Source: Candidatus Tayloriibacteriota bacterium
GTDB taxonomy: Bacteria; Patescibacteriota; Minisyncoccia; Phycocordibacterales; PALSA-1337
NCBI GenBank assembly: GCA_025353045.1
Contig: JANXRK010000065.1
Coordinates: 1 to 36,831, forward strand
DNA length: 36,831 nucleotides
Reading direction: 5' to 3'
Below the pieces are notes generated by a model, which was not told the DNA's origin, made no database searches, and was given only the letters and a program-made list of their open reading frames with translations. Positions 1 to 8,126 of this stretch are shown in pieces; the stretch's first letter is position 1; each line of letters begins with the position of its first letter. Both the position numbers and the translations under genes were made by a program.

Positions 1-434
1 TTTTCTTTTGGTACAAAAACTTCTTTAAATCCATGTAGCTTCGCTCCTTTGACTAAAGGCAGTACCCCATTTACTTTTCTAACATTCCCCTCGAGAGACA
101 ATTCGCCCAAAAAAATCTTTCTCTCTGGGTCAAAATCAATATCACCGCTTGCGCAGAGATATGCTAAAGCCATACCAAGATCAAACGAAGGTCCTTCCTT
201 CTTGATATCTGCTGGTGCAAGAGAGATTATAACTTTTTGATTTTTTTGTTTAGGTGAGACGTAGCCACTGTTCTTTATGGCTGCAGCAATACGATCTTTT
301 GATTCATCGATAGCCTTATCTCCTAAGCCTACAATAGAAAAAGCATGAAGACCGTTCGAAAGATCGACTTCTATATCTATGATGTGACTATTTAGTCCGG
401 ACAGTTGTGCACTGTATACTTTTGATATACTCAT
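1..434 (-). CDS. comM: YifB/ComM Mg-chelatase-like AAA ATPase, N-terminal part (runs off the window)
   Basis: Manual translation from ATG at 434: MSISKVYSAQLSGLNSHIIDIEVDLSNGLHAFSIVGLGDKAIDESKDRI...LAPADIKKEGPSFDL...GELSLEGNVRKVNGVLP, the typical ComM N-terminus. Confidence 0.93.
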   Translation of the reverse strand, partial: MSISKVYSAQLSGLNSHIIDIEVDLSNGLHAFSIVGLGDKAIDESKDRIAAAIKNSGYVSPKQKNQKVIISLAPADIKKEGPSFDLGMALAYLCASGDIDFDPERKIFLGELSLEGNVRKVNGVLPLVKGAKLHGFKEVFVPKE

Positions 435-514
435 GTGCAAACTCTACACTATTTAGATGAAATCCTAATAAAATTCTGATAAAAAAGGGATAAAATTCAA
501 CAATAGAACACGGA

Positions 515-883
515 TTATTTAGTTTGCATATGCTTCAAACAAGTTCTTGCTGAAGGATTGGCTTCAAGTCTTTCCTTTTCAATTTCTTCTCCTGAGATTT
601 CACAGATTCCGTATGTACCATTTTCTATTCTTTCAAGAGCTGATTTTACATCATTAAACTGAGGTTCTAATTTATTTAGAATTACTTTATTTTCTTCAAG
701 TTCTTCAAACTTGTCAGCTACTTCATTATCATCAGCACTATCAGTGTCGATTTCTCCAGGAGTTGCAGACCAGTCTTCGGGGTGTTCTGGGTTTGATTGG
801 CCAACAGTTTTAAGTTCTTCTTCCAAGATTGTTTTCTCTTTCAGTAATTTATCCTTGAAATGCTGTATATCTTTCTTGTGCAT
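515..883 (-). CDS. DksA/TraR family protein
   Basis: Acidic coiled-coil tip (DDNEVADKFEE) and C-terminal ALERIENGTYGICEISGEEIEKERLEANPSARTCLKH. Confidence 0.88.
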   Translation of the reverse strand: MHKKDIQHFKDKLLKEKTILEEELKTVGQSNPEHPEDWSATPGEIDTDSADDNEVADKFEELEENKVILNKLEPQFNDVKSALERIENGTYGICEISGEEIEKERLEANPSARTCLKHMQTK

Positions 884-892
884 GTATGCATT

Positions 893-2341
893 CTAGCGCA
901 TATATGTCTGTTTTTCAATACGATCTAAAAGTTCAGGTATGACGTCTTCGGAGGTAGTTATGATCAGCGTGTTTTTATCTATAAAACTATAAAGAAATAA
1001 AATATTACCACTTTGATCCAAAAACTCTCGAATATCTCTATTCGCAATAACTTTATCTTTGAAAGTTCCTTTGAAGTTATAAAGTGAAGTGATCGAAGAT
1101 GTTGCTTGTTGTCTAAAGCTTAAGAGATCTGCCAAATCTTCTGGCATAGAGGGCTCCCATTTAAGCATTCCTGCATACGAATTCTGGAAAAAGTCGGTTG
1201 TGAGTATTATAAAAGGAAGATTGGTTGAAACTTCGCGACCATTTGATGAATATACTCCTAACATCCATTGATCAATCAAAGATCTCTTGAGGGTGTCGGT
1301 AATATCAAAATTCATTGCAGCAATAAACTCTGATCCAGTCAATTTATTTTTAGACCCATCAGATGTAAATTCTGGAACAATCTCAATTATTTTTCCTGCA
1401 GAAACTTTTTGTGTATTGAATTGATTTACAATAAAGGACGTTAATTGTTCTTTTTTTAATGAGGGTATGCTAACAATATTCTGGGAATCGGGCTTGATGA
1501 TGCTTGGAACTATTGGTTTTGTTGCTACAACAGGAACCACGGCCAGAGGACTCTTGAGATATAGATAATATCCACCACCAATACCCCCAGCGATAAATAA
1601 AATACTTATGAACACAACCAAAAGCTTTCTGCCAAATTGTGATGGAGGTTTATCCTCTTCAACATCCTCACCGTTTGCTGCTCTTTCCATTTTTCTACGA
1701 TTTTCTGCGATAACTATGCTCAAAACGGAAGATTGCTTGTTGGCCATAGCACCTGCTATATCACCCTCATATGTTCGAAGTTTCGGTTGGGCTGGCTGGA
1801 GTCTTTCAGGCAACTTTACCTCAGGCACTGCTTCTCTCACAATTGGTTGTGGAGGGCGAGGTATTACTTGTGGTTTTTTTTCTAAATTTTTAAAATCTTT
1901 AGTATCCGAGGTTTCATTGAATGTGTATTCAGGATTTTCATTATCTTCATCGCCAGGGCCAGCAACTGTAGGTATTTTTTGTTTGTCTACTTTGGGTAGA
2001 GGAGCTTTTTCAGGTATTTTTTGTTCTATTTGCTGTGTTTCAATGATGAGTGGATTTAATTTTGGTTTTTGGGGCTGATTTTCAGTCTTTGCACTACCAA
2101 AAAAACTCATGAATTTCTTTGGAACTTGTGATTTATCTAAATGAGAAAGAGCTTTACCCAGATCATTTTCATATGTTCGAAGGGATTCTTGAGGAATATC
2201 AAGCTTCTTTTTAAGTTCAGGGTCAATCTGATTGTGGAGTACGTGGAGGGGATGTTCTTCTGTTGTCGGAATTGCATTCCCCGCAATGAGTTTCAGGGGT
2301 TGATTGGGTTGTGAGCTTTTGTTTTGATCTTCGTTCATCAA
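893..2341 (-). CDS. Hypothetical single-pass membrane protein with a Pro/Gln/Lys-rich N-terminal region
   Basis: 482-aa ORF with one TM (LLVVFISILFIAGGIGGGYYLY), an LRTYExD motif occurring twice, and an extended -10 TGcTATAAT just upstream. Confidence 0.75.
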   Translation of the reverse strand: MMNEDQNKSSQPNQPLKLIAGNAIPTTEEHPLHVLHNQIDPELKKKLDIPQESLRTYENDLGKALSHLDKSQVPKKFMSFFGSAKTENQPQKPKLNPLIIETQQIEQKIPEKAPLPKVDKQKIPTVAGPGDEDNENPEYTFNETSDTKDFKNLEKKPQVIPRPPQPIVREAVPEVKLPERLQPAQPKLRTYEGDIAGAMANKQSSVLSIVIAENRRKMERAANGEDVEEDKPPSQFGRKLLVVFISILFIAGGIGGGYYLYLKSPLAVVPVVATKPIVPSIIKPDSQNIVSIPSLKKEQLTSFIVNQFNTQKVSAGKIIEIVPEFTSDGSKNKLTGSEFIAAMNFDITDTLKRSLIDQWMLGVYSSNGREVSTNLPFIILTTDFFQNSYAGMLKWEPSMPEDLADLLSFRQQATSSITSLYNFKGTFKDKVIANRDIREFLDQSGNILFLYSFIDKNTLIITTSEDVIPELLDRIEKQTYMR

Positions 2342-2380
2342 AATAATTATAGCACGCGATAGTAGATTTTTTTAAAACTT

Positions 2381-2995
2381 TTACTCTTGTCCTGAAAGAT
2401 CAGCGATATCATCTGCGACTGTTCCAACGGTTGCATCTTTGGGTCCACGTCGTTTGTTATTGAAATTTGCTCTCATCATTCCCTTTCGAGATCCAATGAG
2501 ATATTTCTGTACATTTTCATCAAGATCAAAGAAATCGTCTACAACCTCTCGAAGTTTTGATGACGTTGATTTTCCAAATGAAACTACTTCTACCTGACAT
2601 CCTTCATTGACCTGCAAATATTCTACAAGTGGAACAAAATCTCCATCTCCTGTAAGAAGGATGACGGCATCGAGCTTCGGAGCGAGCTTCACGGCATCAA
2701 TTGCCATACCGACGTCCCAATCGGCCTTCTTCGCTCCACTACCGAAGATTTGAAGATCTTTTGTCTTTGTTTCGATTCCCATCTTTGTAAGAGCTTCGAA
2801 AAAGGCCTTTTCATCTCCCGCTTCTGTTGTGATAACGTACGCTACTGCTCGAATGAGTGATCTCTCCCCTACAGCATCTCGCACAATGTTCCCGAAATTT
2901 ACTTTTGAATGATAGAGATTCTTTGCGCTATGATAAATATTTTGTGTATCGATGAAAACACCAACACGCTGTTCCTTATGTTTGATAACTGACAT
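2381..2995 (-). CDS. NYN domain (LabA/DUF88, PIN-like) protein
   Basis: Motifs VFIDTQNIY, KADWDVGMAID and LLTGDGDFVPLV. Confidence 0.92.
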   Translation of the reverse strand: MSVIKHKEQRVGVFIDTQNIYHSAKNLYHSKVNFGNIVRDAVGERSLIRAVAYVITTEAGDEKAFFEALTKMGIETKTKDLQIFGSGAKKADWDVGMAIDAVKLAPKLDAVILLTGDGDFVPLVEYLQVNEGCQVEVVSFGKSTSSKLREVVDDFFDLDENVQKYLIGSRKGMMRANFNNKRRGPKDATVGTVADDIADLSGQE

Positions 2996-3096
2996 ATAAA
3001 AAATTACTAACTAAATTATTAAAACTATTAAACAAAACCAACAAACTTACATATTAAAAACCTACAGAGATTATACCATCAAAAGATAAAGCAAGC

Positions 3097-3366
3097 TTAT
3101 TTAGCCTTGATTTCGAGCTTCTTTGCAATAGATGCGTGTCGCTTTGGATGCTTCTTCTTCAAATAGTTCATATGAGACTGTCGATCAGCCACCATAGCAA
3201 GCAAACCCCGTCGTGAGTGATTATCTTTCCTATGCTTCTTCAAGTGAGTAGCCAATTCGTCTATTCTCTTTGTAAGTATTGAGATCTGAACCTCTGGAGA
3301 ACCAGTGTCCTTGTCGTGAATTGCGACTGTTTTGATGATATTTGACTTCTGTCGTGTTGTTAACAT
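3097..3366 (-). CDS. rpsO: 30S ribosomal protein S15
   Basis: DTGSPEVQI...HLKKHRKDNHSRRGLL. Confidence 0.98.
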   Translation of the reverse strand: MLTTRQKSNIIKTVAIHDKDTGSPEVQISILTKRIDELATHLKKHRKDNHSRRGLLAMVADRQSHMNYLKKKHPKRHASIAKKLEIKAK

Positions 3367-3428
3367 GATGGCACTACAATAGCACGAATGGCTTTAAAAC
3401 ACAAGCGATATATAGGGTTTTAATAAGA

Positions 3429-3437
3429 TGATATACT
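3429..3437 (+). promoter_or_regulatory. Extended -10 promoter (TGaTATACT), leaderless xerC/D transcript
   Basis: TGnTAnnnT ends 6 nt before ATG 3444; no Shine-Dalgarno sequence. Confidence 0.6.
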
Positions 3438-3443
3438 GAAGAC

Positions 3444-4376
3444 ATGTCGCACAATCTTTTAACTCTCAAGACCGAATTCCTTCAATATGTGGAAATAGAA
3501 AAAGGCCGAAGTCTAAATACTGTAAGAAATTACGATCAGTATCTCACTCGTTTTTTAAACTATACAAAGCTCAAAGATCCAAAGGCTATCACTGACAATG
3601 TTGTCCGAGACTTCCGTATTTGGCTCAATCGACAAGAAACTAAGAGTGAAAAAGGAAAAGCAAACACTACGCTCAAGAAGCGAACCCAAAACTACTACCT
3701 CATTGCTTTACGTGCTTTTCTTAAGTATCTAGCTCGACAGAACATCACTTCCCTATCTCCTGACCGTATTGAGCTGGCTAAAACACCTGAAAGATCTTTG
3801 GATCTTATAACTATTGATGAACTCGAGACTATTCTAAAAGCCCCAGACACTTCTACTCTTAGAGGACTACGAGATAAGGCGATGTTCGAGATGTTTTTCT
3901 CAACTGGCCTTCGAGTTTCTGAACTTTGTGCTCTACCGAGGGATATAAATCTAAAACTGGATGAAATGTCAGTGCGAGGAAAAGGAGAAAAGGTCAGGGT
4001 GGTATTTATTTCTGATAATGCACGAGAAGCAGTGAAAAAATGGCTAGATAAGAGAGATGATATGGACGATGCACTCTTTGTTCAAATAAAAGAAGGAGAA
4101 AAATTGGCTAAAAGCAAGGACTCTATGAGAATTAGCAGTCGTTCTGTAGAAAGAATCATCAAACAGTATGCAATTAACTCTGGAATATCAAAAAAGGTAA
4201 CACCACACGTTATTCGTCACAGTTTCGCGACAGATTTATTACGAAATGGAGCTGATCTACGCTCAGTGCAAATGCTTTTAGGACATGCAAATATTAATAC
4301 TACACAGATTTATACCCATGTGACAGATACGGAGCTAAAAAAGATACATAAGAAGTTTCATAGGAAGAGCGAATAA
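3444..4376 (+). CDS. XerC/XerD family tyrosine recombinase
   Basis: Motifs TGLRVSEL, RGKGEKVR, TPHVIRHSFATDLL and LLGHANINTTQIYTH; catalytic R-K-H-R-H-Y set intact. Confidence 0.93.
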   Translation: MSHNLLTLKTEFLQYVEIEKGRSLNTVRNYDQYLTRFLNYTKLKDPKAITDNVVRDFRIWLNRQETKSEKGKANTTLKKRTQNYYLIALRAFLKYLARQNITSLSPDRIELAKTPERSLDLITIDELETILKAPDTSTLRGLRDKAMFEMFFSTGLRVSELCALPRDINLKLDEMSVRGKGEKVRVVFISDNAREAVKKWLDKRDDMDDALFVQIKEGEKLAKSKDSMRISSRSVERIIKQYAINSGISKKVTPHVIRHSFATDLLRNGADLRSVQMLLGHANINTTQIYTHVTDTELKKIHKKFHRKSE

Positions 4377-4412
4377 GGTGAGTAAAAAGATATTTTCTGT
4401 TATGATGTCTTT

Positions 4413-5210
4413 ATGAAAATCCTCTGCTGGAATGTTAATGGTCTACGTGCAAATGTTAAAAAGGGCGGTTTTGAGTGGTTTTTACAGCAATCCCCTACGT
4501 TTTTCTGCCTCCAGGAGACCAAAGCCCATCCAGATCAGCTCGAAGAAGGAATTCGAAATCCTGTAGGCTATCATTCATACTTTGATCATTCTAAACTACG
4601 AAAGGGCTATAGTGGAGTAGCTATTTATGCTAAAGAGAAAGCCGATCGAGTGGATTATGGTTTTGGTAATATAAAATCAGAAGATTTAGACAAAGAGGGT
4701 CGATTCATTGCTCTTTTTTATGATAATAAGACACTTTTGGGTAAAAAATTCGTACTTATTACTACCTACTTCCCTAACGGAGGAGGCGGACCAGAGAGAT
4801 TGGATTTCAAGATGCGATTTTATGATGAATTTTTGAAATATATCAATACTCAGAGAAAAAATGGCTACGAAGTAATCTTCTGTGGAGACGTAAATACTGC
4901 GCATACAGAAATTGACCTTGCTCGACCAAAAGAAAATGAAGAGAATACAGGTTTCCTACCACAAGAGCGCGAATGGATTGATCAATTAATTTCTGCAAAC
5001 TATATTGATATTTTTAGACATTTAAATCCAAAAAAAGTTCGAGCCTATACGTATTGGGATATGAAAACATATGCAAGAGAAAGAAATGTTGGATGGAGAA
5101 TCGATTATTTTTTCATAAGCCCTGCCCTTCTCGAAAAAGTCGAAAAGACTAAGATTCACAACACTATTTTAGGATCTGATCATTGTCCGATAGAACTTGT
5201 TTTGAAATAA
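4413..5210 (+). CDS. xth: Exodeoxyribonuclease III / AP endonuclease
   Basis: Motifs WNVNGLRA, LQETK, GDVNTAH, GWRIDYF and GSDHCP. Confidence 0.96.
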   Translation: MKILCWNVNGLRANVKKGGFEWFLQQSPTFFCLQETKAHPDQLEEGIRNPVGYHSYFDHSKLRKGYSGVAIYAKEKADRVDYGFGNIKSEDLDKEGRFIALFYDNKTLLGKKFVLITTYFPNGGGGPERLDFKMRFYDEFLKYINTQRKNGYEVIFCGDVNTAHTEIDLARPKENEENTGFLPQEREWIDQLISANYIDIFRHLNPKKVRAYTYWDMKTYARERNVGWRIDYFFISPALLEKVEKTKIHNTILGSDHCPIELVLK

Positions 5211-5238
5211 TTTTAGTTTGTCTTTTATAAAAGACAAG

Positions 5239-5247
5239 TTATCCACA
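5239..5247 (+). promoter_or_regulatory. Perfect DnaA box TTATCCACA
   Basis: Exact consensus 9-mer in an intergenic region, upstream of the 5267-5294 promoter. Confidence 0.55.
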
Positions 5248-5266
5248 TATTTTATATATTATGTCC

Positions 5267-5294
5267 TTTACATGTCTTTTATGCTTGTTATAAT
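5267..5294 (+). promoter_or_regulatory. Sigma70-type promoter (TTTACA-16nt-TATAAT with extended TG)
   Basis: TTTACA at 5267-5272, TG at 5286-5287 and TATAAT at 5289-5294; no credible ORF downstream. Confidence 0.65.
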
Positions 5295-5300
5295 GATCCC

Positions 5301-5665
5301 AGATTAGTTTTGACTTTAACCGAGGATTGTCAGAATTATGTTCTTTGAACAGTCGAATTGTCAGGGGTAGCATCACTAATTTTTTGAGTTCAATATCGAA
5401 GAGAAGTGACCCTTATTCAGCTTCAGCTGAGTATTGCAAGACTTACCAATCTTATTTATTTTTGGAGTACTTTGCAAAATTCCCTTTAGGTGGATTTGAG
5501 GTCAATTTCGCTGAGACGATGATCATACATCATTATCTCCTTCATCTATTTTGAACTCCGTTCTAGTTTCTTGTTTGGTTTCCGTTCCCAACAGCCACAG
5601 GTGTTTGTTCACTAATCTTTCAGAGTAAAAGAGATTAGCGCACAGGTACATGTGGCTGTTTTTTT
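5301..5665 (+). ncRNA. Candidate structured non-coding RNA (~365 nt), family not recognised
   Basis: Bounded by a promoter and a hairpin with U-tract. Nested helices AGATTAGT/ACTAATTT, GAGTTCAA/TTGAACTC and TGACC/GGTCA enclose several hairpins; G-U pairs favour the + strand. Confidence 0.6.
5591..5665 (+). terminator. Long hairpin followed by a T-tract (intrinsic terminator-like)
   Basis: ACAGCCACA (5591-5599) pairs with TGTGGCTGT (5651-5659); inner CTAATCT/AGATTAG; T-run continues to 5665. Confidence 0.7.
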
Positions 5666-5675
5666 ACCTAATTCA

Positions 5676-5691
5676 CGTTTCACGTGAAATA
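5676..5691. promoter_or_regulatory. parS-like palindrome CGTTTCACGTGAAATA
   Basis: 14/16 match to the parS consensus TGTTTCACGTGAAACA. Confidence 0.75.
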
Positions 5692-5708
5692 ACTACTAAT
5701 TATGTTAC

Positions 5709-7187
5709 TTATGAAACGTGGTATTTCTTACGTATTTCCTCGATATTTTCATTCTCAGCTTCCTTTTTCCTATCTGCACCTTGTTTTCCGAGTGTTTCGA
5801 GCTGCTTTTCAGGCAAAGCAATCAATTCTTGTGCTTTTTTTTCGAGATAAGCTTCAGTATTTAGTTTAGGGTTATCAAGTACTTCTTCTAGTAAAACATT
5901 AAGAACAGAGCCAATCTTTGGTCCAGGAGTTACATGTGTAACGTCCATTATCCTTTTGCCATTTATCTTTAGCATAGCTACAGAGACTGGATCTCTCAGG
6001 GCTTCTTCAATCATTGCCTTATACTTTCTCAATCGATATGGATTCTCTTTAGGGCGTCCTGTGCCTATACGGTCACAAATACGTATATTCATAAGATCCC
6101 AAATGTTTTCATGACCAACGTTTGTAATCATTCTTCGTACAGCTGAAAGGGTAATTGTTTCTGTATCAGAGAAAAACATATGCCAACGAACCATTTTACT
6201 TACATTTTCGATAGCTTTCTGCGGAAACTTCAGTCTTTCAAGGATTTTCTTTGTTACACGTGAACCAACAACCTCATGTCCATAAAAGGTTATTTGCTTA
6301 GTTTCATGTGAAATTCTACTTGTCTCAGGCTTTGAAATATCATGAAGGAGGGCAGATAATCGTATTTCCAAAGGCCATTCCTTGTCGGCAGCATGTTGAA
6401 GAGTACGAAGAAGATGTTCCCATACGTCATAAGCGTGAGCTTGAGGCTGTTTAACGTTCTTTGCGCTGAGTAGTTCGGGAACAATGAACTGGAGTAAATT
6501 GAATTCATCTAATAGCTCAATGCCTAGCTTAGGGCTGTTAGACATAAGTATTCTTATAAATTCATCACGAACACGCTCAATAGAGATCTCTTTTAGGAGG
6601 TTAGAGTGGCTCAGTATAGCCTTTTTTGTATCAATGTTAATCGTGAAACCAAGCTCTGTTGCGAGCCGAACTGCTCGCATCATACGTAGAGCGTCCTCAG
6701 TAAAGCGGTCGTCAGCATTTCCCACAGCTTTTATAGTTTTGTCCTTAATGTCCTTTAATCCACCGTACAGATCAACAATGTCTTTTATTGCACCTTTTGA
6801 TAAAGACATGGCAATCGCGTTAATCGTGAAATCCCGCCGTTTTAAATCGTCTTCAATGGATTTACTAAATTTGACCTCATCTGGATGTCTATGGTCAGTA
6901 TAGGAGCTTTCAAGACGGTATGGCGTAACTTCTACAATCTTCAATGTCTCATTTTCAGTATTTTCATTTACAACTCCAACCGTTCCATATGAATTTTCAT
7001 AAAAAGTTTTAGGGAAGAGGGGAATAATTTCTTCGGGAGTAGCGTTTGTTGTTACGTCCCAATCTTTAGGAATTTTTCCTAAAAGTAAGTCGCGAGTGCA
7101 TCCACCCACAAGAAAAGCCTCAAAACCAGCTTCTTCTAGTTTCTCAACGATATCGATAATTTTTTTAGGGATAACACTACTTTTCAT
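5709..7187 (-). CDS. cca: CCA tRNA nucleotidyltransferase (class II) with HD domain
   Basis: Motifs VGGCTRD...KDWDVTT, DLKRRDFTINA, EDALRMMRAVR and LLHDISKP. Confidence 0.92.
   Translation of the reverse strand: MKSSVIPKKIIDIVEKLEEAGFEAFLVGGCTRDLLLGKIPKDWDVTTNATPEEIIPLFPKTFYENSYGTVGVVNENTENETLKIVEVTPYRLESSYTDHRHPDEVKFSKSIEDDLKRRDFTINAIAMSLSKGAIKDIVDLYGGLKDIKDKTIKAVGNADDRFTEDALRMMRAVRLATELGFTINIDTKKAILSHSNLLKEISIERVRDEFIRILMSNSPKLGIELLDEFNLLQFIVPELLSAKNVKQPQAHAYDVWEHLLRTLQHAADKEWPLEIRLSALLHDISKPETSRISHETKQITFYGHEVVGSRVTKKILERLKFPQKAIENVSKMVRWHMFFSDTETITLSAVRRMITNVGHENIWDLMNIRICDRIGTGRPKENPYRLRKYKAMIEEALRDPVSVAMLKINGKRIMDVTHVTPGPKIGSVLNVLLEEVLDNPKLNTEAYLEKKAQELIALPEKQLETLGKQGADRKKEAENENIEEIRKKYHVS
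5928..5943. promoter_or_regulatory. Degenerate parS-like palindrome AGTTACATGTGTAACG inside cca
   Basis: GTTACA/TGTAAC dyad; 11/16 match to the consensus. Confidence 0.5.
6252..6267. promoter_or_regulatory. parS-like palindrome TGTTACACGTGAACCA inside cca
   Basis: 14/16 match to the parS consensus. Confidence 0.7.
6300..6315. promoter_or_regulatory. parS-like palindrome AGTTTCATGTGAAATT inside cca
   Basis: 12/16 match; TTTCA/TGAAA core dyad. Confidence 0.55.
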
Positions 7188-7253
7188 GGCTCCATACTAG
7201 CACTTATCTTACAATTTTCCACTTATTGTATATATGATATAGTATCATATGAC

Positions 7254-7799
7254 ATGACATATAGTATACAAAACGTTAAAAAAGCTAGAGAAATGAGGAT
7301 TTCTGGTGGTACTCTGTCAGAAATTTCAAAGGAAATCAAAATTTCTAAGAGCACCCTCTCATATTGGCTTAAAGATATTATTTTAAATAAGGAACAACAG
7401 TCTGAGGTGGCTCATCGTATCAAAAATAAAATGAGTAGGGGAAGACTAAACTCTTCAATTATCCTTAGAGCCAAAAGGATGTTCAAGGAGAAGAAGATCT
7501 ATGAAGATGCAGAAAAAGAGTTTAAACACCTCAATGCAGATTCATTTTTTATGAATGGATTGGGACTCTATCTTATGTCCGGAACAAAGAAGGGTAGTTC
7601 ATTCCAGTTCTCAAGTTCAGACCCTCTTATTATTAGCTTTATGACCAAGTGGGCAAAAAAGTACTTAGGAGTAGATCAAGTGCTTATAAAAAAAAGAAAT
7701 TATGATGGATATCTGAGAATAGATATAAGTCGGGTAGATGTTTTAAGAAGGGTAATCGCTTGGCAAAAGCTTTTAATTAAGTATTATGGTAGTCTATAA
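7254..7799 (+). CDS. N-terminal HTH plus degenerate LAGLIDADG-like domain protein
   Basis: HTH GGTLSEISKEIKISKSTLSYWLK. GLGLYLMSGTK...FSSSDPLIISFMTKW resembles the GxxLYWxEGxK...FxNSDP LAGLIDADG-like motif. Confidence 0.6.
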   Translation: MTYSIQNVKKAREMRISGGTLSEISKEIKISKSTLSYWLKDIILNKEQQSEVAHRIKNKMSRGRLNSSIILRAKRMFKEKKIYEDAEKEFKHLNADSFFMNGLGLYLMSGTKKGSSFQFSSSDPLIISFMTKWAKKYLGVDQVLIKKRNYDGYLRIDISRVDVLRRVIAWQKLLIKYYGSL

Positions 7800-7810
7800 G
7801 TGTTTGATAT

Positions 7811-7882
7811 GCACCCGTAGTGAAATGGATATCATGCCGGTCTTCGGAACCGTTGTTGTAGGTTCGAATCCTACCGGGTGCA
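7811..7882 (+). tRNA. tRNA-Arg(TCG)
   Basis: Acceptor stem GCACCCG/CGGGTGC, anticodon loop CT-TCG-GA, T-arm GGTTCGAATCC; CCA not encoded. Confidence 0.93.
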
Positions 7883-7936
7883 CAAAATAAGTGAAATTGG
7901 TTTTTAAAAGATATTTGTATATAATGTGCAAATATT

Positions 7937-8007
7937 GCGGGCATGGTTTAGTGGTAGAACACGTCCTTGCCAAGGACGAGATTCGGGTTCGATTCCCGGT
8001 GCCCGCA
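7937..8007 (+). tRNA. tRNA-Gly(GCC)
   Basis: Acceptor stem GCGGGCA/TGCCCGC, anticodon loop TT-GCC-AA, T-arm GGTTCGATTCC; CCA not encoded. Confidence 0.96.
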
Positions 8008-8050
8008 CAGATAGATAGCAGACTTTTGTGAGAGACTAATTGTGTAAAAC

Positions 8051-8059
8051 TGTGGATAA
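8051..8059 (-). promoter_or_regulatory. Perfect DnaA box (TGTGGATAA)
   Basis: Exact consensus in an intergenic region. Confidence 0.5.
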
Positions 8060-8126
8060 CATTGGGGACAATGGGTATAAGACAATGAAAATATGGCTTA
8101 TATACGTGTCTTTGTCTTTTTAAACT

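Noticed and set aside
3444..4376. Tyrosine recombinase as a prophage, integron or island integrase
   Set aside because: Xer-like length and motifs, housekeeping neighbours (rpsO, xth), and no att, attC or phage genes seen. No dif site recognised either.
5327..5554. 75-aa ORF from the track
   Set aside because: TTG start, no Shine-Dalgarno and no recognisable motifs; the region is better explained by RNA structure.
5301..5665. tmRNA, RNase P, SRP or 6S identity for the structured RNA
   Set aside because: No tRNA-like GGGG...CCACCA ends, no GAGGAAAGTCC and no SRP GGAA loop motif on either strand; the multi-branched ~365-nt fold does not fit the 6S rod. A highly divergent member cannot be excluded without cmscan.
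5211..5708. oriC
   Set aside because: Only one perfect DnaA box, no box cluster or clear unwinding element, and no dnaA/dnaN in the window.
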